From Candidatus Poribacteria bacterium (GTDB lineage Bacteria; Poribacteria; WGA-4E; WGA-3G), in the NCBI GenBank assembly GCA_965198235.1, contig OZ240248.1, positions 4,512,001-4,576,000 of the forward strand: a DNA stretch of 64,000 nt. Direction: 5' to 3'. The notes below the pieces were generated by a model. The model was not told where the DNA came from, did no database searches, and worked only from the letters and a program-made list of their open reading frames with translations. Both the position numbers and the translations under genes were made by a program. Positions 40,465 through 49,785 of this stretch are shown one piece after another (the stretch's first letter is position 1; each line of letters starts with the position of its first letter).

Positions 40465-42912
40465 ATGAAAAAGAAATACGTTCTACTCGTTGCCGTAGTA
40501 TTAAACACTACCCTCTTACTATCGGATATTTTCGCGCAAGACTATACAAAGTGGCATTTACCACCAGGGGCAAAAGCGCGTCTCGGCAAAGGCTGGATAA
40601 ATGACATAAAATTTTCACCTCACGGAGATCGGTTAGCTGTCGCAACAACCATTGGCGTTTGGATTTATGATATTCGCACTGGCAAAGAAGTTGATTTGAT
40701 AACGGATGTCTATACTGACGAGGCAAAACTAAAGTTATTCCCTGAATCTATGGGTGGAGCCAATGCTATTTCGTATTCCCCAGGTGGAATTATCCTTGCA
40801 GTGGCACACTGGGACAGGAAGATTAGATTGTGGGATGTCAGCAGCGACTATCGCAATTCAATGCCTACTTCTACTTCCCCAGAACCTCTATCTATTTTTG
40901 AAGGACACACAGGGGCTGTCTATGATATCGCATTCTCCCCGGATGGCAGTCTGCTTGCCAGTGGAAGTGCAGACAACACTATCCGAATCTGGAATGTCCA
41001 CGACGAAAAACTGATTTCAATTCTACCATATAGGGATTCTGTGTATACCGTGGCGTTCTCACCAGACAATCGACTATTGGCTGGTGGAAGTGGAGATGGT
41101 ACCATTCAAGTCTGGGATGCTGGTACAGGGGACCAAATCTACGAGTTTAAAGAACATAAAGACTCGGTTTGGGCAGTAGATTTTTCACCTGACAGAACCA
41201 GTCTTGCAAGTGCTAGCCTAGACGGTTCCGTCCGGCTGTGGAGTCTTGTTGCTGCTGGAGGAGAACTTCATGCACCAGCACAACATAATATGCCGGTATA
41301 CGCAGTGAAATTCTCTCCCAATGGAAGTTCCTTTGCCACAGGCAGCGCGGACAAATTGATCCAACTATGGGACACGAGCACAGCAGAACGTAATTCTTCC
41401 CTGACAGGACATAAAGATTTAGTGTCAGATGTGGATTTCTCCCCAGATGGGAACACTCTTGCCAGTGGTAGTGCAGATGGTACAATAGTGTTATGGGATA
41501 GAGTTGGTGCAAGGGCGAGAATTGAGATACCAGGACATACCGGTGGAGTCAAGGCTTTGGTGTACACAGAGGATAACCGTGTTCGCGCATGCGGTACTGG
41601 ATTAGATGGCAAACTCCGACTGTGGGACGCGGGCACAAGCAGCGAACTTTCTATACTCCGAGAACACACAGGCTTAACGCAAGCAGTTGCTTTTTCTAAA
41701 AATGGCAAAATACTTGCCAGTGGTGGGGACGAAGATGACACGATTTTCTTATCTGATGTTCCCAAGGTTCTTATGAATAGCAAAAGCTTAGATACAGAAA
41801 GTTTAATCTCTACACTATCAGGAAATACACATGGCATTACTGCGCTTGCATTCTCACCCGCTGACACCACACTCGCTAGTGGTGGCAAGGACGGGAGAAT
41901 TTACCTAATAAATATTGATACTCGACGAGGACTCAAAACACTCAGAGGTTCCCAGAGTACTGTTACCGCGTTGACATTCGTCCACGACGGTACTGTTCTT
42001 TTCAGTGGTGAAGAAAACGGAAGCGTGCGTCAGTGGAATGCACTGAGCGGGGAAGAAGATCGCGTTGCTGAACCTGATTCTAATCCTATCACCGCCTTAG
42101 CATTTTCTCGTAATGCTCGCTTTCTCGCAATCGGGAATGAGATAGGAACAATTTGGTTATTTGATGCTGTTGAAAAACATCGGAGAGAAATCACCACTCG
42201 TCACACCCGTAAGATAACTGCTCTCGTTTTTTCCAAAGACGACACCACACTCGTCAGTGGTAGTGAAGACGGCACCATCCTACTCTGGAATGTGTGGGGT
42301 CAACCATCTCAAACAGAAGAAATTCATAGACTAAAAAAGCATAAGGCAACACCACTCATTCAAAGTGCGCTTAATTCCACCGTTCATTTGAAAATAGGGA
42401 CAGGAGAAGGACAAGACTCACAAGGGAGCGGATTCTTCGTCCACCCGGGTTATGTTGCGACTAACTACCACGTTATTAAAGGTGCAGAGGCGGCTTATGT
42501 GAAATCCGTTGCAAATGATACAACATACACCGTTGAGGAAGTCACAGCGATAAATGAAAAACACGATCTCGCCATCATCAAGATTTCCAGTACTGAGCAT
42601 CCAGTCCTGGACCTCGGCAATAGCGATGACGTTCACATAGGTGAAACTATCTACACCATCGGTAATCCCAAAGGTTTGCAAGGGACAGTTTCAAGGGGCA
42701 TTATCAGTAGTATACGAGATTTTGGTGATAGAGGCGAACGTATCCAGATTGACGCACCAATTTCTCCCGGAAACAGCGGCGGTCCTGTCCTAAACGAAAA
42801 GGGTAAGGTAATAGGTGTGTCAGTTTCTGTACATCGAGATTTAGATGCCCAGAACCTCAATTTCGCAGTTCCATCAAATTATCTCAAGGAATTGCTCCGC
42901 AGAGTAGAGTGA
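40465..42912 (+). CDS. Secreted WD40-repeat protein with C-terminal trypsin-like serine protease domain
   Basis: Signal peptide; repeated FSPDG..LASGS.D.TI.LWD; TNYHV, DLAI and ISPGNSGGP catalytic-triad motifs. Confidence 0.92.
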   Translation: MKKKYVLLVAVVLNTTLLLSDIFAQDYTKWHLPPGAKARLGKGWINDIKFSPHGDRLAVATTIGVWIYDIRTGKEVDLITDVYTDEAKLKLFPESMGGANAISYSPGGIILAVAHWDRKIRLWDVSSDYRNSMPTSTSPEPLSIFEGHTGAVYDIAFSPDGSLLASGSADNTIRIWNVHDEKLISILPYRDSVYTVAFSPDNRLLAGGSGDGTIQVWDAGTGDQIYEFKEHKDSVWAVDFSPDRTSLASASLDGSVRLWSLVAAGGELHAPAQHNMPVYAVKFSPNGSSFATGSADKLIQLWDTSTAERNSSLTGHKDLVSDVDFSPDGNTLASGSADGTIVLWDRVGARARIEIPGHTGGVKALVYTEDNRVRACGTGLDGKLRLWDAGTSSELSILREHTGLTQAVAFSKNGKILASGGDEDDTIFLSDVPKVLMNSKSLDTESLISTLSGNTHGITALAFSPADTTLASGGKDGRIYLINIDTRRGLKTLRGSQSTVTALTFVHDGTVLFSGEENGSVRQWNALSGEEDRVAEPDSNPITALAFSRNARFLAIGNEIGTIWLFDAVEKHRREITTRHTRKITALVFSKDDTTLVSGSEDGTILLWNVWGQPSQTEEIHRLKKHKATPLIQSALNSTVHLKIGTGEGQDSQGSGFFVHPGYVATNYHVIKGAEAAYVKSVANDTTYTVEEVTAINEKHDLAIIKISSTEHPVLDLGNSDDVHIGETIYTIGNPKGLQGTVSRGIISSIRDFGDRGERIQIDAPISPGNSGGPVLNEKGKVIGVSVSVHRDLDAQNLNFAVPSNYLKELLRRVE

Positions 42913-42925
42913 TACTCACCACGCG

Positions 42926-42975
42926 AAACAGCGGCATTGCGCGAATCTCATAACATCCGCGCGATGCCGCTGTTC
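42926..42975. terminator. Hairpin between convergent genes
   Basis: aacagcggcattgcgcg...cgcgcgatgccgctgtt. Confidence 0.55.
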
Positions 42976-43009
42976 AAGTAAACCTGCTATTCGTGTGGAT
43001 TCCTATTCA

Positions 43010-43780
43010 CTACTCCTTAATCACGAAGAATTTTTCCTCTTTAATCCGTTCTTCAGGGAAACGCGCGCGCGCCCAGATCGCCTTCGCATTCTCGATCATC
43101 TGTGGATGTCCGCACGCATAGGCGACCGCATTCGTATGATCGAAACCGAGTTGATCGCCGTACTTCCGAACCACATCTTCGGCACGTCCGCTCTCACCTT
43201 GCCACTCCGGATCCTCCCACGGACGACTTACCGTCGGGACGAATGTGAACCACTCTTCTTGTGCCGCGAGTTCATTGAGCTCATCCATGTAATACCCAAG
43301 CTCCCATGAACGACTCGCACCGACGATCGCTACGATCTGATGTGGACTCGCCTTGCCTTGTTCCTGTTCAATTTTTTGTGTCCGCGCAATACTAATATAC
43401 GGCGCAGCACCCGTGACAGTCCCTGCCATCACGTGGCGTGTCATCCCGTTCTCCGTGTCCAAGACAAATCTTCCGACGAGACGTTCCCGGAAAAACACGC
43501 TGTCGCCCAGTTTCAATTCCCAAAACAGCGGGGTCGTCACACCCTCCGGTACCAATTCCACGAAAACCTCCATAAACGGTTCGTGTGGTGAGGAAACTAT
43601 CGAATACGGACGTTGGACAATCTTTTCATCAACCTCAAAACCGATAGTGGCGTATTGCCCGGGTATGAACGGCAGCTGCTTATCAACACGGAATTTGAAC
43701 GCGGCTAAATCTTCAGAAAAGTCCTCGCGTTCAATCAATTCACCTTTACAATATTGCGATCTGGAGCGTCTTCTTTGCAT
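43010..43780 (-). CDS. Ferredoxin--NADP+ reductase (bacterial Fpr type)
   Basis: F.PGQY, RPYSI.S, TG.APY.S, VSR and CG.P.M motifs; likely start at 43780. Confidence 0.85.
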   Translation of the reverse strand: MQRRRSRSQYCKGELIEREDFSEDLAAFKFRVDKQLPFIPGQYATIGFEVDEKIVQRPYSIVSSPHEPFMEVFVELVPEGVTTPLFWELKLGDSVFFRERLVGRFVLDTENGMTRHVMAGTVTGAAPYISIARTQKIEQEQGKASPHQIVAIVGASRSWELGYYMDELNELAAQEEWFTFVPTVSRPWEDPEWQGESGRAEDVVRKYGDQLGFDHTNAVAYACGHPQMIENAKAIWARARFPEERIKEEKFFVIKE

Positions 43781-43929
43781 AATTGTTCCCTTCAAATTTT
43801 CTATAACAAGCTTACCCCTTTCCAGTAACGGGTGGGGACCCCGGCGTTGCAAACTACACCGAACAGAAAATGATAGAATTTTGATGACCTTTTTAATATA
43901 TTATACTTAAAACGAAAATCAAGATCAAG

Positions 43930-44088
43930 TCTTTTTATTTTTGGGATGTTCTCACTGGGGATCTAATTGGCACACTCGACGCTGTTGAGAACGTTAATGC
44001 CTTAGCCCTTTCTCCAGATGGAAAAACATTCGCAAGCGGAAGTAACGATACCACAACCCTCCTCTGGGATTGGGAGAAACTCAAATAG
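43930..44088 (+). pseudogene. Orphan C-terminal fragment of a WD40-repeat gene
   Basis: Manual translation: FWDVLTGDLIGTLDAVENVNALALSPDGKTFASGSNDTTTLLWDWEKLK*; no start codon or upstream ORF. Confidence 0.75.
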
Positions 44089-44139
44089 CCGGCGGCGGTC
44101 GGCTATCAGCTGACTGCTGATTGCTGACCGCTGACAGCC
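44086..44139. repeat. Heptamer tandem repeats
   Basis: gctgact-gctgatt-gctgacc-gctgaca preceded by complementary heptamers. Confidence 0.6.
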
Positions 44140-44143
44140 ATGT

Positions 44144-45580
44144 CTACATCTCCGCCAACTTCTTCTGAAGCCACTGCGTCATCGGTGCTTGCCCCGGATC
44201 GCAGACCTCAATGAAATGTCCCGGTAGGGGTTGTCCGATCAACGCCTCGATATCCCGTCGCCGCTCGGCAACAATCGCAGGATGCGCACTCGCAACGTTT
44301 ACCTTTTCCTCTGGATCATTCCGTACATCAAAGAGTTCATCACCGTTCTCATCTTGATAGCCGACTGAAGTGCAGAAGTTCCAGTGATCATCACGCACAC
44401 TGACGCGACCGCGAGCGTTGCCCGTAATAAATCCTGCCCAACCCGTGATAACTCGTTCACGGAGTAACGCCTTTTCCTGCGTAACGAGTTTCCACATATC
44501 CTCGCCATCCGTCCAACCGCACGGAATGTCAAGCAGATTTAGGAGTGTCGGCATCAGATCGTGGTTCTGCACGAACGCAAAAATGTCCTTGTCATTCGGT
44601 CCCTCCGGATGCCGAACCATCAGGTTCAACTGCGTATTGAAGGGATGTAACTTGTTCGGTCCCTTCCCGAAACTCCCGTGGTCGCGGAGTTGTGTGCCGT
44701 GGTCGGACATCAGGACAATCAATGTGTCGTCTCGGATGTTCAGTTGCTCTATCTTGTCAAGTAACACGCCGACCCATTTATCGACAAACGTCACTTCGCC
44801 GAGGTAGAGTGCCTCAATTCGACGAAGTTCATCTTCCGTAGGTCCACCGCCTTCGTTCGCGCTGCCCGGCGTAATGAAATCCTTGCCCGAATAGTCGGGG
44901 AAATAGAGATCCGCGTAAGATTTAGGGGGATCCCACGGCTCATGCGGGTCGAAACTGTCCACCCAGAGGAAGAACGGATCGACGGTATGATTGTCCTGGA
45001 GCCAATCAGCTGCGGCACGGAAGACGCGGGCACAACTATAATCATCCTCCGATTGCCGATGCCGTTGCGACAACAAGTAGTTGACGAGTCCGGCATGTCG
45101 TTGCCAGTTAAGCGGTTCACGGACATGTTTCCGGAGTTGCTCCTCAATCAACCTCGGATCACCGCTGTGCCAGTTATCCGATTCCTGCCCGCGGATGAAA
45201 TCGAAATGCGCAAACCCGCGCGAGAAATTCATCGTCGGCTTGAACATGTGATACGTATCGGCAATCAGTGCAGTGAGATAGCCGCGCTCAAGTAGGACTT
45301 CAGCGATCGTATCCTGTTCGGGTGGAATCTTATGCCAACCGGGGGCATGATGCCAATGTCCGCGCCGGTCGAAATTATACTTCCACGGGAAACTCCGCAT
45401 TCCCGTAAAGTTGGCGCGGCGTACCTGAAGCGTCGGTTGCCCCTCACCAAATGCGCGTGTGAAACGGACGCTCTCCGATGCCAAGGCATCAAGGTTCGGG
45501 GTCTGCACGTGGCTATATTTCTTACCTTCACCGATGATGTCTGCGCGAAACGTGTCCAAACAGATACAGACAATGTTCAT
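44144..45580 (-). CDS. Sulfatase-like hydrolase (alkaline phosphatase superfamily)
   Basis: NIV.I.LDT.RAD, TPNLD.LA, FDPHEPWDPP, SDHG and ELFD...DP.E motifs. Confidence 0.88.
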   Translation of the reverse strand: MNIVCICLDTFRADIIGEGKKYSHVQTPNLDALASESVRFTRAFGEGQPTLQVRRANFTGMRSFPWKYNFDRRGHWHHAPGWHKIPPEQDTIAEVLLERGYLTALIADTYHMFKPTMNFSRGFAHFDFIRGQESDNWHSGDPRLIEEQLRKHVREPLNWQRHAGLVNYLLSQRHRQSEDDYSCARVFRAAADWLQDNHTVDPFFLWVDSFDPHEPWDPPKSYADLYFPDYSGKDFITPGSANEGGGPTEDELRRIEALYLGEVTFVDKWVGVLLDKIEQLNIRDDTLIVLMSDHGTQLRDHGSFGKGPNKLHPFNTQLNLMVRHPEGPNDKDIFAFVQNHDLMPTLLNLLDIPCGWTDGEDMWKLVTQEKALLRERVITGWAGFITGNARGRVSVRDDHWNFCTSVGYQDENGDELFDVRNDPEEKVNVASAHPAIVAERRRDIEALIGQPLPGHFIEVCDPGQAPMTQWLQKKLAEM

Positions 45581-45584
45581 AATA

Positions 45585-46298
45585 TTACGCCCCTCTCATC
45601 TCTTCAAGGATCATTTGGACAGCCTCCTCCGGATCCTCTGCCTCAATAATCGGTCTACCGACAACAATGTAATCCGCGCCTCGCCGAATCGCCTCTGCCG
45701 GTGTAGTGATACGCCGTTGGTCGTCGCTTTCTGCCCACTTTGGACGAATGCCCGGTGTCACAATCAAGAAGTTATCGCCACACGTTCTTCGGATCGGTTC
45801 AATTTCCAAGGGGGAAGCAACTACACCATCTAAACCCGCCTCCTGAGCTAACTGCGCCAGATAGACGACCTGATCTGTCAGTTGTCGTTCTGAGCCAAAG
45901 TCCCGTTGAAAGCCGGTTTCGTCAATGCTCGTTAGAATGGTCACACCGAGTAGCACAGGCGGCAGAATATCGCGTTCGACAGATACTTTGTATGCGCTCC
46001 TCCGTGCTGCCTCCATCATCTCAAGTCCACCGGCGGCGTGCATGTTAATCATGTGTGCGCCGTGTTTGGTCATCGTGCCGACATCGCGTGCTACCGTGTT
46101 CGGGATGTCGTGGAACTTCAGGTCAAGAAAGACTTTCTGTCCGCGCTCGTTCATCCATGGAAAAGCCTCAAGTCCAAGGACCCCGAACGCTTGAAAACCG
46201 AGCTTAACCCAAGGGACTCTGTTCATAAGCGTTTCAGATAACCAGTCAATCTCTTCACCATCATCCGTATCCAATGCGACGATCAATCTGTCTCTCAA
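45585..46298 (-). CDS. pyrF: Orotidine-5'-phosphate decarboxylase
   Basis: LIVALD, FLDLKFHDIPNTV, VTILTS, VTPGIRP and VVGRPI motifs. Confidence 0.96.
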   Translation of the reverse strand: MRDRLIVALDTDDGEEIDWLSETLMNRVPWVKLGFQAFGVLGLEAFPWMNERGQKVFLDLKFHDIPNTVARDVGTMTKHGAHMINMHAAGGLEMMEAARRSAYKVSVERDILPPVLLGVTILTSIDETGFQRDFGSERQLTDQVVYLAQLAQEAGLDGVVASPLEIEPIRRTCGDNFLIVTPGIRPKWAESDDQRRITTPAEAIRRGADYIVVGRPIIEAEDPEEAVQMILEEMRGA

Positions 46299-46711
46299 TT
46301 TTCGGCCTCCGTGTTCGTGTTAGGGACCCGTTGGGCTCTACACTTTTCAATGCGCGCAGCCAGTTCCGGAATTTGTGTATGGTCATATCTTTCAATAAGC
46401 ATGATAGCAAATTCCATCAATGGCGCGAAAATGTGATGTTCGTTTTCACGCACGACATCAGTTAATTCACCCAGCAGAACTACAAGGTGTTCATAGTCGT
46501 CTTCGGTCAAAGCGGTGATGTTGTCATCTTTGTACGCGTCAACCGCATGAATTAAAACTTCTAAGGCTGCTGCAGGCGATTGCGAATTGCTATGCTTGTC
46601 CTGCTTCAATTCTACTCGCGATACGCTATGTGTACAATGCTCAAGTGCCGATCTAGCGTTCGGATATTTCTGTGCGAAGTCCTTCAGTGGTTTGTATGGA
46701 CCCGTATGCAT
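46295..46711 (-). CDS. Chimeric/degenerate HigB-HigA-like protein
   Basis: N-terminus K.LKDFA.KYP.A.SAL resembles HigB; C-terminus TEDDYE.L..LL.EL.D.V.ENE.H....LM....LIE.YD resembles the HigA N-terminus. Confidence 0.5.
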   Translation of the reverse strand: MHTGPYKPLKDFAQKYPNARSALEHCTHSVSRVELKQDKHSNSQSPAAALEVLIHAVDAYKDDNITALTEDDYEHLVVLLGELTDVVRENEHHIFAPLMEFAIMLIERYDHTQIPELAARIEKCRAQRVPNTNTEAEN

Positions 46712-46732
46712 TCGTTTCCCCTACGTTCTCTC

Positions 46733-48241
46733 CTACAATATCGTTGCAATTGGCTTCCTTAAAACTTCATCAACGATTCGCAGCGTCTCTCGGCGCGCGT
46801 CATCAATTTGCGTCTGGCGAGCATCAATATGCGCCGCAATCTCATTCAGTTGTTCCGCAAAGTTGTCTATCATCCGACGCACCTCTGCAGGCGACGTGCC
46901 ACCGAGGCTCTGATTATTCTGAATCGCCAATTTTGCATCAAGCACCTGTTTCAGCTGCGAAATTGGGACATCAACCTCTCGCTGTTTTAAGAGTTTCTGT
47001 GTTAATTCCCAATCGGCGAACGTTTTTCCGCGCTGCACGAGTTCCCCGACAAGCCATCCTACAATCTCATGGCACTCCCGAAAACTGATTTGACGCTCCT
47101 TAACGAGATAATTTGCCAACTCCGTTGCCGTTGCGAAGTTCGCATTCGCCAATTCAGCCATCCGTTCCGTTTTAAAATCCGTCGTTTTGAGAAGTTCTGG
47201 TAGCAGACCGAGGCACGCTTTCACAATATCGAACGCCTCCCACAGCGGCGGCTTATCCTCCTGAAAATCGCGATTGTAGCCCATCGGTAAGCCCTTAAGA
47301 TTCGTCAACAGGTCGAGCAATGCACCATAGACGCGCCCTGTGCGACCTCGTGTCAGTTCCGCAATGTCGGGATTCTTCTTCTGCGGCATGATGGAGCTTC
47401 CGAAACTATAGGCATCGTTAAGCACCGCCACTCCAAATTCATAAGTCGTCCAATAGACGATTTCTTCGCTGATTCGCGAGAGATTCGCCATTACAAGCGA
47501 CAACGCAAAGAGCGTCTCTGCAATAAAATCTCGGCTGCTGATGACATCAAGAGCGTGTTCGTGTGGCGCGTCGAAACCGAGCAGTGTCGTCGTCAGGTGC
47601 CGATCAATTGGGAATGTCGTGCCAGCCAAAGCGCACGCGCCGAGAGGGTTCGTATTGGCGAGTGCATACGCAGATTGCAGACGTTTCTGATCCCGCAGAA
47701 ACATACTCACATAAGCCGTCGCCCAGAAACCGAGGCTAATCGGTTGTGCGTGTTGGGTATGCGTGTAGCCGGGCATGACGGCATCCGTATGCGCTTTCGC
47801 AATATGTAGGAATGCCTCACAGAGTTCGGAGAGACCGCGCTGGACGTTGAGAATTTCATCCCGAATGTAGAGGTGCGCATCGACAAGTACCTGATCGTTA
47901 CGAGAACGAGCGGTGTGGAGTTTACCGCCGAATTCGCGTCCAGCGTTCTCAATCAGATACGATTCGACGTTCATGTGTACGTCCTCTTTATTTGGATCGA
48001 GCGTAAAATCGCCGTTCTGAAAATCCGCCTCTGCCTTTCGGAGCCAGTGTAAAATCTCGCGGAGGTCAGCATCGGAGATAATCCTTTGCCGAGCGAGCAT
48101 AATCGCATGCGCTTGGCTTCCCCAAATATCGTATCCGATGAGGCGCGTATCGACTTCAATGGAGTGCGTGAAGGCTATTGTCTCTGTGGTGAGGCTTGTG
48201 CTGAAACGTCCACCCCAGAGGGTTTTTTGTGGCTTTCCCAT
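46733..48241 (-). CDS. argH: Argininosuccinate lyase
   Basis: LWGGRF, EDVH, LHTARSRNDQ, MPGYTH.Q.AQP and GSSIMPQKKNPD motifs. Confidence 0.97.
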   Translation of the reverse strand: MGKPQKTLWGGRFSTSLTTETIAFTHSIEVDTRLIGYDIWGSQAHAIMLARQRIISDADLREILHWLRKAEADFQNGDFTLDPNKEDVHMNVESYLIENAGREFGGKLHTARSRNDQVLVDAHLYIRDEILNVQRGLSELCEAFLHIAKAHTDAVMPGYTHTQHAQPISLGFWATAYVSMFLRDQKRLQSAYALANTNPLGACALAGTTFPIDRHLTTTLLGFDAPHEHALDVISSRDFIAETLFALSLVMANLSRISEEIVYWTTYEFGVAVLNDAYSFGSSIMPQKKNPDIAELTRGRTGRVYGALLDLLTNLKGLPMGYNRDFQEDKPPLWEAFDIVKACLGLLPELLKTTDFKTERMAELANANFATATELANYLVKERQISFRECHEIVGWLVGELVQRGKTFADWELTQKLLKQREVDVPISQLKQVLDAKLAIQNNQSLGGTSPAEVRRMIDNFAEQLNEIAAHIDARQTQIDDARRETLRIVDEVLRKPIATIL

Positions 48242-48255
48242 ATTCCGTCAACTGC

Positions 48256-48684
48256 CTACTCTTCAGGATAATCTTCGGGTTTTGGTGGTGGCGGTTCGTT
48301 GAAGGGTTGATTGTTCGCAGCTGCTTCGGCTCGCCGCTTCTCCCATGCGAAATACTGACGGAATTCGGCAATCGTTTCCGCTCTCCCTTGTGCCTTACCT
48401 TCAGCAATACCTTCGGCTCTCGTTTTTTCCATCAGACTTGTCAATCTAATCATGATTTCACCTACTATCTCAAATGTACCTACAATCCCAACAATCATAG
48501 GTAGTATCGCCGTAGAAACATGCCGCATTGTAACAAACACTGTTTCCATCGTTTCTTGTGCTTTACCGCTCTGATACCGCCATACGACGACAGCATAGAT
48601 AATCGTTGCGACAAACAGCGTGAAAATCTCCACGCTTATCCAATCCTGCCGCGTCGATAAGAGCGGGGATCTCTGTTTCCCCAC
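48256..48684 (-). CDS. Hypothetical membrane protein with Rpn-like (EG..EG) C-terminus
   Basis: Two hydrophobic segments, then RAEGIAEGKAQGRAE...W..RR.EA......F.EPPP. Confidence 0.65.
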   Translation of the reverse strand: MGKQRSPLLSTRQDWISVEIFTLFVATIIYAVVVWRYQSGKAQETMETVFVTMRHVSTAILPMIVGIVGTFEIVGEIMIRLTSLMEKTRAEGIAEGKAQGRAETIAEFRQYFAWEKRRAEAAANNQPFNEPPPPKPEDYPEE

Positions 48685-48770
48685 TCAAAAAAACTCCTTT
48701 AACGCTCTCTATTGTATAGGATTTCAATCGAGAAGCCAAGACAGACAGTAGCCCTCTCAATCCCCCCACA

Positions 48771-49625
48771 TCATACAATATTCGGGGGTCTACGCGGTGC
48801 CGTTGGTTGGATAATCTTGCGTTGATCCGGTGTCAAACGTGCCAATAACTCCTTCGAATGCGGATAATCAAAACGCTCACGGACATATCTCGGAGAATAG
48901 CGATAGACGATCGACCGACGATACCCCTCATTCGTCCGTTCTGCTGACCCGTGTGTAATCGCGTCTGTGAACATCACCACATCTCCTGCCTTGAGATAGA
49001 TCTCCTTCGTCCCAAAAGCTGTCCCTGCGGGTTTACCGCTCACACCGTCGTAAACCAAGCCTTTCCCATCGACCTTCAAACGCGGGTGAACCTCTGTGCA
49101 TTTATGACTCCCTGGCACCAATACTGGCGCGCCATCGCCCGGTCCAATATCGTCCAGTGCCATCAGGACGTTAATCTGTCCTACCATCCATTCGCCGGTG
49201 TTCTCCTGTCGGAATGTCAGGTAACTCAGCGGGACATGTCCACCACAATGGATATGAATGAAACCGCCGGGACCGCGGACGTTAAGGAAATTCTCGTGGA
49301 TAGAAAGCCCGTTGACTTCGTGGACGTATTTTCGTACCAGACCGATCCATGACGGATGGTCGATGAGTTTCTGAAAAACGTCCCCACCCTCAATGATATT
49401 CTGGAAATTCACGCCGTTTTCGATGTTGTAGGTATGCGTTTCGATGTTCCCGAGCCAGCGTGGGATCCGTCTGTCCTCGGTTTCTTCCTCCCAAGGATCT
49501 TCAACGTAAGCCCACTGCGCATCGATCCACTCGTTCATTTCATCCAGATCGGGTTTTGAAATCGCATTCTCCAAAATCAGATAGCCTTGTAGGTCGAACA
49601 GATAATCTTTTAACTCTTGGTCCAT
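48771..49625 (-). CDS. Phytanoyl-CoA dioxygenase (PhyH) family protein
   Basis: FD.QGYL...NA, ALDD.GP.DG....VPGSHK and AGD...F...THGS motifs; start MDQELK at 49625. Confidence 0.85.
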   Translation of the reverse strand: MDQELKDYLFDLQGYLILENAISKPDLDEMNEWIDAQWAYVEDPWEEETEDRRIPRWLGNIETHTYNIENGVNFQNIIEGGDVFQKLIDHPSWIGLVRKYVHEVNGLSIHENFLNVRGPGGFIHIHCGGHVPLSYLTFRQENTGEWMVGQINVLMALDDIGPGDGAPVLVPGSHKCTEVHPRLKVDGKGLVYDGVSGKPAGTAFGTKEIYLKAGDVVMFTDAITHGSAERTNEGYRRSIVYRYSPRYVRERFDYPHSKELLARLTPDQRKIIQPTAPRRPPNIV

Positions 49626-49785
49626 GTTCCGTCTCCTTAGCCAGCAGGCGTAGTTTATGGCGATTAAGAATTTAATCGAGTCATCTGAACGTGCTATAAA
49701 TAGCACTACTACGAGCAAAGCAGTTTGTAGTGGGGAAACCCATCATCGCCGCTCATCGGTTCAGATTACCCAAATCATTCTAAAA

